A stretch of 24,841 nucleotides of DNA, taken from positions 1 to 24,841 of the forward strand of contig JBHLRQ010000042.1 of assembly GCA_048882385.1 (NCBI GenBank), in the 5' to 3' direction. The position numbers and the translations under genes are program-made. Source of the DNA: Candidatus Thorarchaeota archaeon. Its GTDB lineage: Archaea; Asgardarchaeota; Thorarchaeia; Thorarchaeales; Thorarchaeaceae. Positions 1 through 9,291 of this stretch are shown here, piece by piece (position 1 is the stretch's first letter; each line of letters starts with the position of its first letter). The notes under the pieces were generated by a model. It had not been told where the DNA came from, ran no database searches, and saw only the letters and a program-made list of their open reading frames with translations.

Positions 1-468
1 GATGGTGATTTTACGAATGCGCTGCATGCCGCCCTCAGGGAACATGTGGGACCACTTCATCATGGAGCGGGAACACTAGCAATGGAAATGTTAACTGAAA
101 TTCAAAAACCAGAGAATGCACATGAATACCTTGAGAATAGGCTGAACTCTGGCGAGAAGATTTTTGGTCTTGGACACAGGATCTACAGAGGTATTGATCC
201 TCGTGCAGTAATCCTTCGTGAGATGCTAGAAAGAAGAGTACTATCTACCTCACAAGAGTGGCTGATGCATGTTTCTGATGCAGTGGCAAAAGAGGGAAGG
301 ATGCTGTTATTACAGAAGAAGGCAATAGATGCTTTTCCAAACATTGATCTCTACAATGCCGCTGTATATTCTACATTTGGTTTTCACCCCGAACTCAACA
401 CATCTCTCTTTGCAATATCAAGAGCAGCAGGATGGATGGCACACATTCTTGAGCTGGAAGGTGAATAG
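1..468 (+). CDS. Citrate/2-methylcitrate synthase family protein, C-terminal part (truncated at window start)
   Basis: Frame is open from base 1 (DGDFTNALHAALREHVGPLHHGAG). Motifs GPLH, FGLGHRIY..DPRA, FPNIDLY and LFAISRAAGW.AH carry the catalytic His/His/Asp. Confidence 0.92.
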   Translation, partial: DGDFTNALHAALREHVGPLHHGAGTLAMEMLTEIQKPENAHEYLENRLNSGEKIFGLGHRIYRGIDPRAVILREMLERRVLSTSQEWLMHVSDAVAKEGRMLLLQKKAIDAFPNIDLYNAAVYSTFGFHPELNTSLFAISRAAGWMAHILELEGE

Positions 469-521
469 ACAAGAAGATTTTTCACACCCGCCAAAGTTGT
501 CAAAGGACAGGTGTATCTTTC

Positions 522-1709
522 TTGAAAGGAATCATCAACGCAACAATTCTCTGTCCTGTTAATGGACTCATCAAGAATGGAACAATCCTCTTCAATTCTA
601 AGATCAAAGAAGTTGGCAAGAACATCACAATTCCCAAAGGAGTAAAGACAATTGATGCTGAAGGGAAATACGTAGTCCCAGGTATGATTGATGCTCACAC
701 TCATCAGGGCTTATTTGATGGCTCCATTGGGTGGGCAGGAATGGATGGTAATGAAGTGACCGCACCCGTAACACCAGAAATGCGTGGCATAGATTCGTTT
801 AATCCTGATGAACCGTCATTGAAAGAGGTCCTAAAGGGCGGAGTTACTTGCATCAATACTGGACCTGGCTCAGCAAATGTAATCTCAGGTGAATCCTTTA
901 TCATCAAACCAACAGGAGCTGCTGTTGTTGATGAGATGATTCTAAAATCTCCGTCAGGATTGAAGGTAGCATTTGGTGAGAATCCTAAGCGAATTCATGG
1001 AACAGAGAAGAGGACTCCTTCGACACGAATGGGAGTTGCCTATTTACTCCGAAAAGCGTTGGTAGATGCGCAAAACCACAGGAGAGAAGTCCAAGGATAT
1101 CTTGAGAAGGCAGAAGAGGCAAAGAAGAAAGGAGAAGCTCCTCCTAATCCACCAAAGAGAAACTTAGGTCTTGAAACGCTCATCAAGGTTCTCAAACGTG
1201 AGATACCAATTCATGCACATGCACACAGAGCAGATGACATAGCCACAGTAATCCGAATAGCCAATGAGTTTGATATCGATGTTGTCCTCATTCATTGCAC
1301 AGAAGGTCACAAAATCACAAAACTGATTGCTAAATCAGGATTCCCTGCTGTTATCGGTCCTACTGTGTATTGGACAAGCAAACCAGAAACTCGGGAGAGA
1401 AGTTTTCAAACCGTCATCGAGCTACATAATGCTGGAGTAAAAGTTGCATTACAGACAGATTCATTGACTCCAATGAATTATTTCCCCATCTTACCAATGA
1501 ATGTCATAAAAGCTGGAATGAACAAGGATGACGCTCTCAAGTCTGTAACAATTAATCCAGCTGAGATTCTAAAAATAGATGACCGCGTTGGTTCATTAGA
1601 ACCAGGTAAGGATGCTGATATTGTAATTTGGTCTGGAAACCCATTTGAATTCTATAGTAAAGTAGAGCAAGTATTCATCGAGGGAAAGAGCATTCCATTA
1701 AAGAATTGA
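522..1709 (+). CDS. Metal-dependent amidohydrolase (TIM-barrel amidohydrolase superfamily)
   Basis: IDAEGKYVVPGMIDAHTH (HxH), KVAFGENP, HAHRADD, HCTE, TD, TINPAEIL, GSLEPGKDADIVIW. TTG start with GGTG upstream. Confidence 0.92.
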   Translation: MKGIINATILCPVNGLIKNGTILFNSKIKEVGKNITIPKGVKTIDAEGKYVVPGMIDAHTHQGLFDGSIGWAGMDGNEVTAPVTPEMRGIDSFNPDEPSLKEVLKGGVTCINTGPGSANVISGESFIIKPTGAAVVDEMILKSPSGLKVAFGENPKRIHGTEKRTPSTRMGVAYLLRKALVDAQNHRREVQGYLEKAEEAKKKGEAPPNPPKRNLGLETLIKVLKREIPIHAHAHRADDIATVIRIANEFDIDVVLIHCTEGHKITKLIAKSGFPAVIGPTVYWTSKPETRERSFQTVIELHNAGVKVALQTDSLTPMNYFPILPMNVIKAGMNKDDALKSVTINPAEILKIDDRVGSLEPGKDADIVIWSGNPFEFYSKVEQVFIEGKSIPLKN

Positions 1710-1713
1710 ATTA

Positions 1714-2607
1714 TCACCAATGCGATATGACAGATACTATTGCATTCTTCTCATATTCTGAAAGAGGATGGATTGGTGGTCTGCAGAGACCTCCCTTAAG
1801 TCCAACATGATCCATAGCAGTTTTTACTACAGGTACGTTGTTTGCTTTATCCCGGCCCTCGCGTAGATCTTCCAAGGGAGTGATTTTCTTTTGCACTTTC
1901 ATAGCTTCATCATAGTCATTCTGTTTCAATGCTTCAAACATACTCAGCGAAACCTGCGGAGCAAAATTACCTAATCCACTGGTGAATGCCTTGGCACCTG
2001 CTAACCAAAAGAACGGAGCGAATCTCTCAGCAGTGCCACACGACCAGACAAACTGATCACCAAATCTGTGGAAAGTCCGTGAGAAATCAACGATTCGACC
2101 AAATGCATACTTGACTCCTATCAAATTTCCATAGACCTTGAGTTTCTCCAGAACATCATCAGAAAGTAGAGGTCCTTTCTTGTAAAGAACAACATTCAAT
2201 CCCTTTGCTGCTTCAAGAAGAGTTCTGTAATATGAAAGGAGACCTTCTTCAGAAACAAATACATGTTGGGGGTAATGTATCATGAGTGCAGGAACTCCAA
2301 GATTTCGTAATTGCTCAATTTGAGAAATTGCAGTTTTGATTGAGTGCCCAACGCCTGACATAATTATAGAATTCTGACCAACAGCTTCTAGTGATGCATT
2401 GAGGACATCTCCCCATTCTTTCTCGGAGAGGGAATAGAACTCTCCAGTGTTTCCATTTGGTATAATCAATGGAACCTCATTTTCTACTAAGAACTCAAGA
2501 TTCTTTCCAATAGCATCAGTATCAACCATAGAGAGATCATCAGTGAAAGGAGTTGTAGTTGTCACAGAATAACCGCTCAAAATCTCTTTGAATTTCTCAT
2601 GGTCCAT
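1714..2607 (-). CDS. Dihydrodipicolinate synthase (DapA/NAL) family lyase, substrate uncertain
   Basis: TPF near the N-terminus, GNTGEFYSL, Schiff-base Lys in GVKYA, SGLGNFAP, C-terminal RPP. Confidence 0.9.
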   Translation of the reverse strand: MDHEKFKEILSGYSVTTTTPFTDDLSMVDTDAIGKNLEFLVENEVPLIIPNGNTGEFYSLSEKEWGDVLNASLEAVGQNSIIMSGVGHSIKTAISQIEQLRNLGVPALMIHYPQHVFVSEEGLLSYYRTLLEAAKGLNVVLYKKGPLLSDDVLEKLKVYGNLIGVKYAFGRIVDFSRTFHRFGDQFVWSCGTAERFAPFFWLAGAKAFTSGLGNFAPQVSLSMFEALKQNDYDEAMKVQKKITPLEDLREGRDKANNVPVVKTAMDHVGLKGGLCRPPIHPLSEYEKNAIVSVISHW

Positions 2608-2678
2608 GCAATCACCACAGGCATGTGAGAAGAAGAATATGTGACTGAAATATCACTCGATTGTACTATTGATAGTGT

Positions 2679-3521
2679 CTATGGAAAATTCTTGAGTATG
2701 CTATACTTACTCTCAAGTGAATCAAAGTCAATAGAAAACTCATCATAGGTGCTTGAACAAGGATTGCCCGCTGCCACTTTCATTCTGAATTCATATCTAT
2801 CAGAATCAATTCCAGAAATTTCTGCAATGTAGCTGTATACTGTTTCTCCAAGATAAGGATCCAACTGAGGATTTGGAGAACGATGTCTGCAGATTGAATC
2901 AAAACCTCTGCCTTCACTATGCGTACTCAATAATTGAGTCATATCCATGAAAGACGTCGCGTCTTCGAGCAACTTTGCTGCCTCTTGTCTTCGGCTTCTA
3001 CTGGTTGAGATCGGACCACCCGCCTCACGTTCTGCTAAAGACGCACGATTCAGAATATCAGCTGTTGGCAAAATCAGGTGATGGTTTGTACGAGTGATAA
3101 GCCTTGGGTCTTCTTCAAGGACAGCAACGCCATCTCCAATCTCAATGGCTCCAACGCCATTTGGTGAGGCTAAAACAAAATTACACCATTGGTAGCGATT
3201 TCCACTTTCTAAATCAGCTTCGACTAGTTCAAAGGCTTCTCGGATTGTCTTGGTTTCTCGGAGAACTCTTTCAAGTAATGGGTCATAAGCCGCATTTGAA
3301 GTGATTAGGACAGTTGTATTGCAACAAGCAAATCCATGTCTGTTGAAACCAAATGATGCACCACAGAGCTCGCCATCTCCTACATTCACTCCTGTGACGA
3401 AGAATACTTCCGAATCGATGACAATTGAATCCCTGAAACCACCCCAAATTAGGTCGCGATTCTTAAGGAGATATAACCGATCTCCAATAATCTTCGCACC
3501 TGCAGTACAACCACCGGGCAT
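2679..3521 (-). CDS. N-terminal nucleophile (Ntn) cysteine hydrolase, peptidase C45/acyltransferase-like
   Basis: N-terminal CT followed by LLKNRD, GFNRHG, LLERVL, NFVLA, ITRTNH, SRSRR and SICRH. Confidence 0.8.
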   Translation of the reverse strand: MPGGCTAGAKIIGDRLYLLKNRDLIWGGFRDSIVIDSEVFFVTGVNVGDGELCGASFGFNRHGFACCNTTVLITSNAAYDPLLERVLRETKTIREAFELVEADLESGNRYQWCNFVLASPNGVGAIEIGDGVAVLEEDPRLITRTNHHLILPTADILNRASLAEREAGGPISTSRSRRQEAAKLLEDATSFMDMTQLLSTHSEGRGFDSICRHRSPNPQLDPYLGETVYSYIAEISGIDSDRYEFRMKVAAGNPCSSTYDEFSIDFDSLESKYSILKNFP

Positions 3522-3701
3522 GCAGAGAAATTCGTTTGTTGTTCATATCAAGTTTCATAGTCTAAATCGGATCGTTCATATTCTCAGAAATACCTAATTA
3601 CTCGATGCAAGTCAACCTGCTTAAAGAAGTCCTTGAGTATGCTTTACATGCGTAGAAAGTATGTTATATGTGGATGATAATCAATCTATTTTCGACTCGC
3701 C

Positions 3702-5150
3702 ATGGCAGAAGTTGAAGTACCGCACGAGCCTTGGGAGGAGATCAGTGAGGAAGTAGTTGCTGAAAAAAGACCCTATTATTTCCAACTTGATGTTCTAAAG
3801 GCGGTTGCAATTGTATTCGTAGTGATGGACCACAGCCTGACATGGGAAATCAAAGGCTCAATGGGAAACCTATTCTGGGAACGACTATCCATACCGTTCT
3901 TTCTTATTGTAATGGGTTTTAATATGGCATTCTCGTTCAAATATCGAGGTGCAGAGAGCCTACGAGACCTATACACAATTGACTATTTCAAACGCAAGAT
4001 AGTCAGGTATGTCTTCCCATTCCTTGTACTCTATATGGGATCTATACTTCTTGGATTATATCTCAATCACCTTGAATGGAATGAATACATATTTCTGGGA
4101 TATCTCCCGTTCTGGGGTCCTGGCAACTGGTTTATTCCACTTCTGTTTGGGTCTATTGTTGTATTTCCACTTGTATATTGGGCTTTTAACAAACAACCAG
4201 AGATAACTCTGTTTCTTTGTTTTCTGAGCGAAATATTATTGCAAGCAATCATGTATTTCTTCTTTCCATACCCAATAGAAACAGCACTCGAAGGATTCAT
4301 AGTATCAGCCATCCGGGTCAATGTCTTATTCTTCCTACCAGCTGTTGGACTTGGTCTTTGGTTTTCTAGAGGCCATAGCCTGAGCGAGAAACGCAACTGG
4401 TTCATGTACATCTATTTCCCAATTAGCCTAATATTCATGATTGATTATCAGACTCATTGGCTATCATCAATACCGGGAGGAGTTGGTCAATTCTTCACAA
4501 ATGTTGACACATTCATCAGAGGTGACTATACACTTCTATTCTATGGATATGCTGCATTCATCTTTCTAATTGCCCTTGCGGTTCTTCCACGAGTTGCTAC
4601 AGGCAGATTTCAGCGAGTAGTTGGAAAAATTGGAAAAGCATCCTATCATATTCTTTTAGCTCAAATCTTCTGGTTTTCAATTGTCTACTACCAGACCTAC
4701 CTACAGATGCTAGCAAACACAGGAGTCCCTGAACCATATGCCCATGTCATTCCACAGTTCCATGAAATCTGGTCATTCCCAATTTCATTCTATGCAGCAT
4801 TCTATCTTCTCAATCTCGTGGTTGCAGGAACATTGGGTTACCTTTGGTTCTGGGCGGAAAAACGAGTGAACACAGTAGAAAGACCTTGGTGGAAACATTT
4901 CTGGATGCAGAGAACAGCCTACTTGTTCATGGCAATATTCTCTCTTATCTTGATGGGAGCGTCAATCCAATTCATCAGTGATATAAGCGGACTCACAGAA
5001 TGGGGGCGAACTCATGACCTCTTCATTTTCAATGATGTGACTGGACCTCCAGTTATGGCTAATGTCATTGCTATTATCTTCTTCATAGGTCTCTGTATGC
5101 TCTTCATGTACAAATCCTTCACAATAGCCGATGAAGAGATTCCCGTATGA
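3702..5150 (+). CDS. Acyltransferase family 3 (OafA/YrhL-like) membrane protein with C-terminal extension
   Basis: LDVLKAVAIVFVVMDH, IPFFLIVMGF, YFKRKIVR, WFIP and GKASYHI, with more than 10 hydrophobic segments. Confidence 0.85.
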   Translation: MAEVEVPHEPWEEISEEVVAEKRPYYFQLDVLKAVAIVFVVMDHSLTWEIKGSMGNLFWERLSIPFFLIVMGFNMAFSFKYRGAESLRDLYTIDYFKRKIVRYVFPFLVLYMGSILLGLYLNHLEWNEYIFLGYLPFWGPGNWFIPLLFGSIVVFPLVYWAFNKQPEITLFLCFLSEILLQAIMYFFFPYPIETALEGFIVSAIRVNVLFFLPAVGLGLWFSRGHSLSEKRNWFMYIYFPISLIFMIDYQTHWLSSIPGGVGQFFTNVDTFIRGDYTLLFYGYAAFIFLIALAVLPRVATGRFQRVVGKIGKASYHILLAQIFWFSIVYYQTYLQMLANTGVPEPYAHVIPQFHEIWSFPISFYAAFYLLNLVVAGTLGYLWFWAEKRVNTVERPWWKHFWMQRTAYLFMAIFSLILMGASIQFISDISGLTEWGRTHDLFIFNDVTGPPVMANVIAIIFFIGLCMLFMYKSFTIADEEIPV

Positions 5151-5199
5151 AACATGCTTTAGCCGTAGAGTATTTCAATGACAATAGGTTTGTTTGCTT

Positions 5200-6324
5200 A
5201 TGGCAGCTGATGACGACATTACGCTTCGAGTAGAGAACCTGAATGCGTTCTATACTTCCAAGAAGGGACTTGTTAAAGCAGTGAACAACGTATCCTTCAA
5301 TATTCGAAAGGGAGAGTCAGTAGGACTTTTTGGTGAATCAGGTGCAGGTAAGACTAGTGTTGCACTAGCAATTTTGGGAATATTCGATCAACTCTCAAGG
5401 TATTATGCATCAACAGCTGCAAATGTTGAGAACAAAAGACTCTGGGCGTTGAGGGATGAGGCTCGAAAGAAAGGACTTACCTCTATAGAGATAGGTGAGG
5501 AGCTACCCGGAGTTGAGGGGCACATATGGTTCAAAGGCCAAGACCTCTTGACTTTGGATGAAAAAGAATTGCGAAAGATTCGGGGTAATGAGATAACCTA
5601 TGTACCTCAAGGATCGACCAAAGCATTGAATCCATACAGCACAATCGAAGAACAGACGGGTGAAGCTCTCTGGGCACATGATGAAGATGACCTTCTAAAA
5701 GAATGGCAAGTATTACGGAAGGTTCTGACCACTCTCGATCTTGTAGAACTTAGTGACGCACTTCTTCGTAAGGGTATGAAACCATCCCAGTTTAGTGTAG
5801 GTGAAGACCAGCGGGTTCTGATAGCAATGGCTCTCGTTACCGATCCACTATTGATGATAGCAGATGAGCCAACAACCGCAGTTGACTTGGGTCTTCAGAA
5901 AAGAATTCTTGATGCAATTCAGATAATCCGTGACGAAATGAACCTCGCTATGCTTCTGATAAGTAACAATCAGGGAACAATTGCGTCAACATGTGACAAG
6001 GTTGGAGTGATGACAGCAGGTTTCATTGTTGAATTCGCTGATACTGAAACCATCATGAATTCGCCCGGACATCCATTCACACGAGCATTCATAATGAGCA
6101 ATCCATCAATGGAAGTCATTAGGAAAATAAAAGAGAAGGGTCTAAGAATTCGTGGTATCCCTGGGAAACCTCCAGATCCAACTAAGCTTCCACCAGGATG
6201 TCCATTCAGCGAAAGATGTGAGTTTGTCCAGAGTATCTGCAAAGAGAAGCTACCAGAATATCGCGAGGTAGAAAAAGACCATTGGGTCCTCTGTCACAGG
6301 TACGAAGAGCTCCCTGAATGGTGA
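5200..6324 (+). CDS. DppD/OppD-like ABC ATP-binding protein with degenerate signature and H-loop
   Basis: Walker A GESGAGKT, Walker B IADEPT, C-terminal GCPF..RC..C..CH. Signature reads FSVGEDQR and the H-loop reads SNN. ATG at 5200 is preferred over TTG at 5194. Confidence 0.9.
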   Translation: MAADDDITLRVENLNAFYTSKKGLVKAVNNVSFNIRKGESVGLFGESGAGKTSVALAILGIFDQLSRYYASTAANVENKRLWALRDEARKKGLTSIEIGEELPGVEGHIWFKGQDLLTLDEKELRKIRGNEITYVPQGSTKALNPYSTIEEQTGEALWAHDEDDLLKEWQVLRKVLTTLDLVELSDALLRKGMKPSQFSVGEDQRVLIAMALVTDPLLMIADEPTTAVDLGLQKRILDAIQIIRDEMNLAMLLISNNQGTIASTCDKVGVMTAGFIVEFADTETIMNSPGHPFTRAFIMSNPSMEVIRKIKEKGLRIRGIPGKPPDPTKLPPGCPFSERCEFVQSICKEKLPEYREVEKDHWVLCHRYEELPEW

Positions 6325-6345
6325 CCTTGAAACAGATTCGATGAC

Positions 6346-7395
6346 TTAGAATATTGACTTAACAAGTTCTTCTGCAGAACTGAACTCACGTAGGCTACCT
6401 TCAAAGTTTTGGATGATTTTTCCAAACATCAAGTCAAATGTGTTTGTAAACTCTTCAATCTTATCAATCAAAACATTGTACGGAGCTTTTGCAATCAATA
6501 CTGAAGTGAAAGTAGTGCTATGTGAAAACAGAATTTCGAATTTTCCTACAGATACAACATTCAAGCCCATGTCGCTCTGTGTTATTTCTTGAAATAACGA
6601 CTGAACACCTGATATTCCTGCAGCTGTTAAAACCTGATCAAGCTCACTGGTTCTCTCAAATTCAAAGTGATAAACAAGCAGTCCACCTTGTTGAATGACG
6701 TAAAGTTCAACTAATTGTTGCTTCCAATCTAGTTCTCCCAGAGCAGGTGAGTAGATCGAGCCATAGCCAAAGATTACCAAACCAACAACAAGTGACGCCT
6801 CTCCAGCAAGATATGGACCAAAACCAAGATTGTAGTAAGACATGTCACTAGCAAATATGAATCCAAAATAGCCCAATAGGAATCCCACTAGAATTGTCTG
6901 AATGCTATTCCTAACGTTCCCAGAAGTGCTTTTCATAGTGAAACTAAGAAAGAGGACAACAGCCACAAAAGTTACAATTGCAATAGAAACCGCAATTGCT
7001 TCAAGCCAAGGTCTGGGGAATAATATGACAAGTCCAACATGAATCAAACCGATGATAAAGAATGCATGTTTTGTATTTCTAGGAAGTATAAGCTCTATTG
7101 AGAAAAAGAAAGCAGCTAGCGCTAGAATTAGTCCAGCGTACCCTAATTTTGTGAATAATGTATTCAAAGGTTCAACTACAAAATAGAAATCAGACCATAT
7201 GAAAGCAATGCGATTCACACACATTCCGAGGAGAAAAGTAGCCCATGCAAATCGGATGTCAACCATTTTTCGAAACTGATTCTGATACCAACTCCTATAC
7301 AGGAAACTCGACATTAGAATCGAGTAGAAAACTACACCGCCCATGAGAAGCAGACTAAGGTCTCTCAAGACATCTCCTGGTGGAAAGACTGGCAA
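6346..7395 (-). CDS. Seven-TM membrane protein with C-terminal longin-like soluble domain
   Basis: About 7 hydrophobic helices in residues ~13-215. These are followed by ELYVIQQGGLLVY..LTAAGISGVQSLFQEI..F..TFDLMF..FEG..FS..V..IF, a pattern I recognise from Asgard longin-like domains. Confidence 0.7.
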   Translation of the reverse strand: MPVFPPGDVLRDLSLLLMGGVVFYSILMSSFLYRSWYQNQFRKMVDIRFAWATFLLGMCVNRIAFIWSDFYFVVEPLNTLFTKLGYAGLILALAAFFFSIELILPRNTKHAFFIIGLIHVGLVILFPRPWLEAIAVSIAIVTFVAVVLFLSFTMKSTSGNVRNSIQTILVGFLLGYFGFIFASDMSYYNLGFGPYLAGEASLVVGLVIFGYGSIYSPALGELDWKQQLVELYVIQQGGLLVYHFEFERTSELDQVLTAAGISGVQSLFQEITQSDMGLNVVSVGKFEILFSHSTTFTSVLIAKAPYNVLIDKIEEFTNTFDLMFGKIIQNFEGSLREFSSAEELVKSIF

Positions 7396-7502
7396 GTTGG
7401 TAACATCCCTATTTGTAATAGATTATGCTCTATCACTGTTCGGACCTTTTTAGTAAACCTCTGATGAATCAGTTAGACAATACAAGCTAGGTGAAAATCA
7501 AA

Positions 7503-8024
7503 TCACCCATCAATCAAGGATTTAACAATCTCCAAAGTCGAGTCTACAGCTTTCCCCCATAGATTCTCAGAATCAGGTGGAAGGTCAGATGCACCAATCA
7601 TTCGACGAATTTTGGCTATCTGACCTGCATGGTAGGTACCATGCTGTGCTGTTCTTAACACAGCCCAAGCGAATGAAGGACCTCCATCTCTTGGTGGGAT
7701 TATACGTAGTTGCTCCTCAGGACATTCTCGGATGATCTTTGTTATTTTGTCAGTATTTTCCTTGATTCTGTTCATGACCACTTCGAAAGTATCAGCAATA
7801 ACTGGAGGTCCAATCGAATGGTTTGCTTTATGAAACCAATAAGTTTCAGCAGTCCCAATGTGCATAACTGTTCCAGCGATGGACCTTGAATACTCTTCAT
7901 TGGTCACCTGTTTGATCAATTCATCATTAGTTAAGTCCTGCAAAACATATTCTAAGTGAGCTCTCTGATTCCTATGAGCTTCAATCACTTTTTCTCTAAG
8001 CCAACTGGGTATCAAGTTTCTCAC
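7503..8024 (-). CDS. DinB/YfiT family protein
   Basis: SIAGTVMHI..AE..W and HGTYHAGQI (His metal triad). Four-helix-bundle size. Confidence 0.88.
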   Translation of the reverse strand: MRNLIPSWLREKVIEAHRNQRAHLEYVLQDLTNDELIKQVTNEEYSRSIAGTVMHIGTAETYWFHKANHSIGPPVIADTFEVVMNRIKENTDKITKIIRECPEEQLRIIPPRDGGPSFAWAVLRTAQHGTYHAGQIAKIRRMIGASDLPPDSENLWGKAVDSTLEIVKSLIDG

Positions 8025-8032
8025 TTCCTTGT

Positions 8033-9220
8033 TTAACTAGGTCTCTTTGGAGGTTCCTTTGTTACTGTAACAAGCTCATATCTGCGTACTCCAAGTCCCA
8101 TTTTCTCGGCGTGGGATAATTGAATTTCGGCAAGTTCAAGAATTTCACCACTCTCAGGATCCTTACAAGCATGTGCCATAGAAAACTTACAAGCACCACA
8201 CTCAATATCTCCAACTTTTGAGTCGGGATTTGGTGGTGCATCCTTGATGGCTTGAAGTGTAGCTTGGTCAATTGCCAGAGGATCTCTTGAACCGAATATT
8301 CCAATATCATGAACAATTAAAGGAGCTCCAAAGTTCCAACAATCACACATATCAGAGATGTCTATTGCGAGGTTGATATAGTAGAATTTGTCCTGACCAA
8401 TTGAGTTGACGACACCCACCGCGTTCTCTACAAAAATTGGTGCTTGAGTATGATTTGGTCTCCAGGTTTGGGTAGCCGCTTTTGCTTTTACCGCTGAGCA
8501 AACATCAACACAATGGTGACACGCTATACAACTTGAGATGTCAACCACAGCTTTCTGCTTCATAGAGATACATCTTGTTGGACAGACCTTAATACACTTT
8601 GAACACTCAGGTCCGACGCATTTCTCCGCATCGATTTTAATGTCACCAAGAAAGTGCATCGCGGCTTTGCCCTTTTTACCCACGAGTCCAATTCCAAGAT
8701 TCTTAATTGTTCCACCTAAACCTCCAAGGCCATGTCCCTTTGCATGTGTAAGAACAATGACCTTGTCACAATCAAATAATGCTGTTGCGACATCTGCGCT
8801 TTTGATATGTTCACCATCGACTGGTATGTCGATTACATCAGTTCCCCAATATCCATCAGCCATGATTACAGGGGCACCAACAGAGGCAGCGGTATAGCCA
8901 TGAAGCATTGCCATTCCGAGATATTCGGTAACAGTTGTTCTACCTCCATACACCCCACCTCCGCCATATCCAAGTCCAGTTGTTTCTGCGACAAATGGTT
9001 GTCCACCAGCTGCTCTTATGAGATCAACAATCTTCCTTGCATATGCTGGACGTAGGTAGTTTGTGTTTCCCCACTGACCAAAGTGGGTTTTAACCATAAC
9101 CTTCTCGCCTGGTTTGATTGCCTTATCAAGTCCAAGTTCATTGAAGATCTGCTCTAGTTTGTCAATCATATTGTAATCAGGGCGTGTCTGCCGATCAGTG
9201 AAATAAACCTTCGATGTCAT
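8033..9220 (-). CDS. DUF362 domain protein with inserted 2x[4Fe-4S] ferredoxin domain (paralog 1)
   Basis: VKTHFGQ.GN, THAKGH..GGTIKNLGIG, GKAAMH, C....C..C...CP, C..C..C...C, CDC and DIGIFGSRDPLAIDQA. Confidence 0.9.
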   Translation of the reverse strand: MTSKVYFTDRQTRPDYNMIDKLEQIFNELGLDKAIKPGEKVMVKTHFGQWGNTNYLRPAYARKIVDLIRAAGGQPFVAETTGLGYGGGGVYGGRTTVTEYLGMAMLHGYTAASVGAPVIMADGYWGTDVIDIPVDGEHIKSADVATALFDCDKVIVLTHAKGHGLGGLGGTIKNLGIGLVGKKGKAAMHFLGDIKIDAEKCVGPECSKCIKVCPTRCISMKQKAVVDISSCIACHHCVDVCSAVKAKAATQTWRPNHTQAPIFVENAVGVVNSIGQDKFYYINLAIDISDMCDCWNFGAPLIVHDIGIFGSRDPLAIDQATLQAIKDAPPNPDSKVGDIECGACKFSMAHACKDPESGEILELAEIQLSHAEKMGLGVRRYELVTVTKEPPKRPS

Positions 9221-9291
9221 GATTCATCAATCCTCTCATGTTGCATAGCAAGCCGCTAAATAACAGTTCGGCATTCGACAGTCTGTTCAAA

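Noticed and set aside
329-907. Short ORFs 329-562, 384-704 and 704-907
   Set aside because: They are shadows of the well-supported citrate synthase and amidohydrolase genes.
3541-3581. Three TTCATA repeats upstream of the Ntn hydrolase
   Set aside because: They are short, AT-rich and unevenly spaced (12 and 21 bp), which is compatible with chance.
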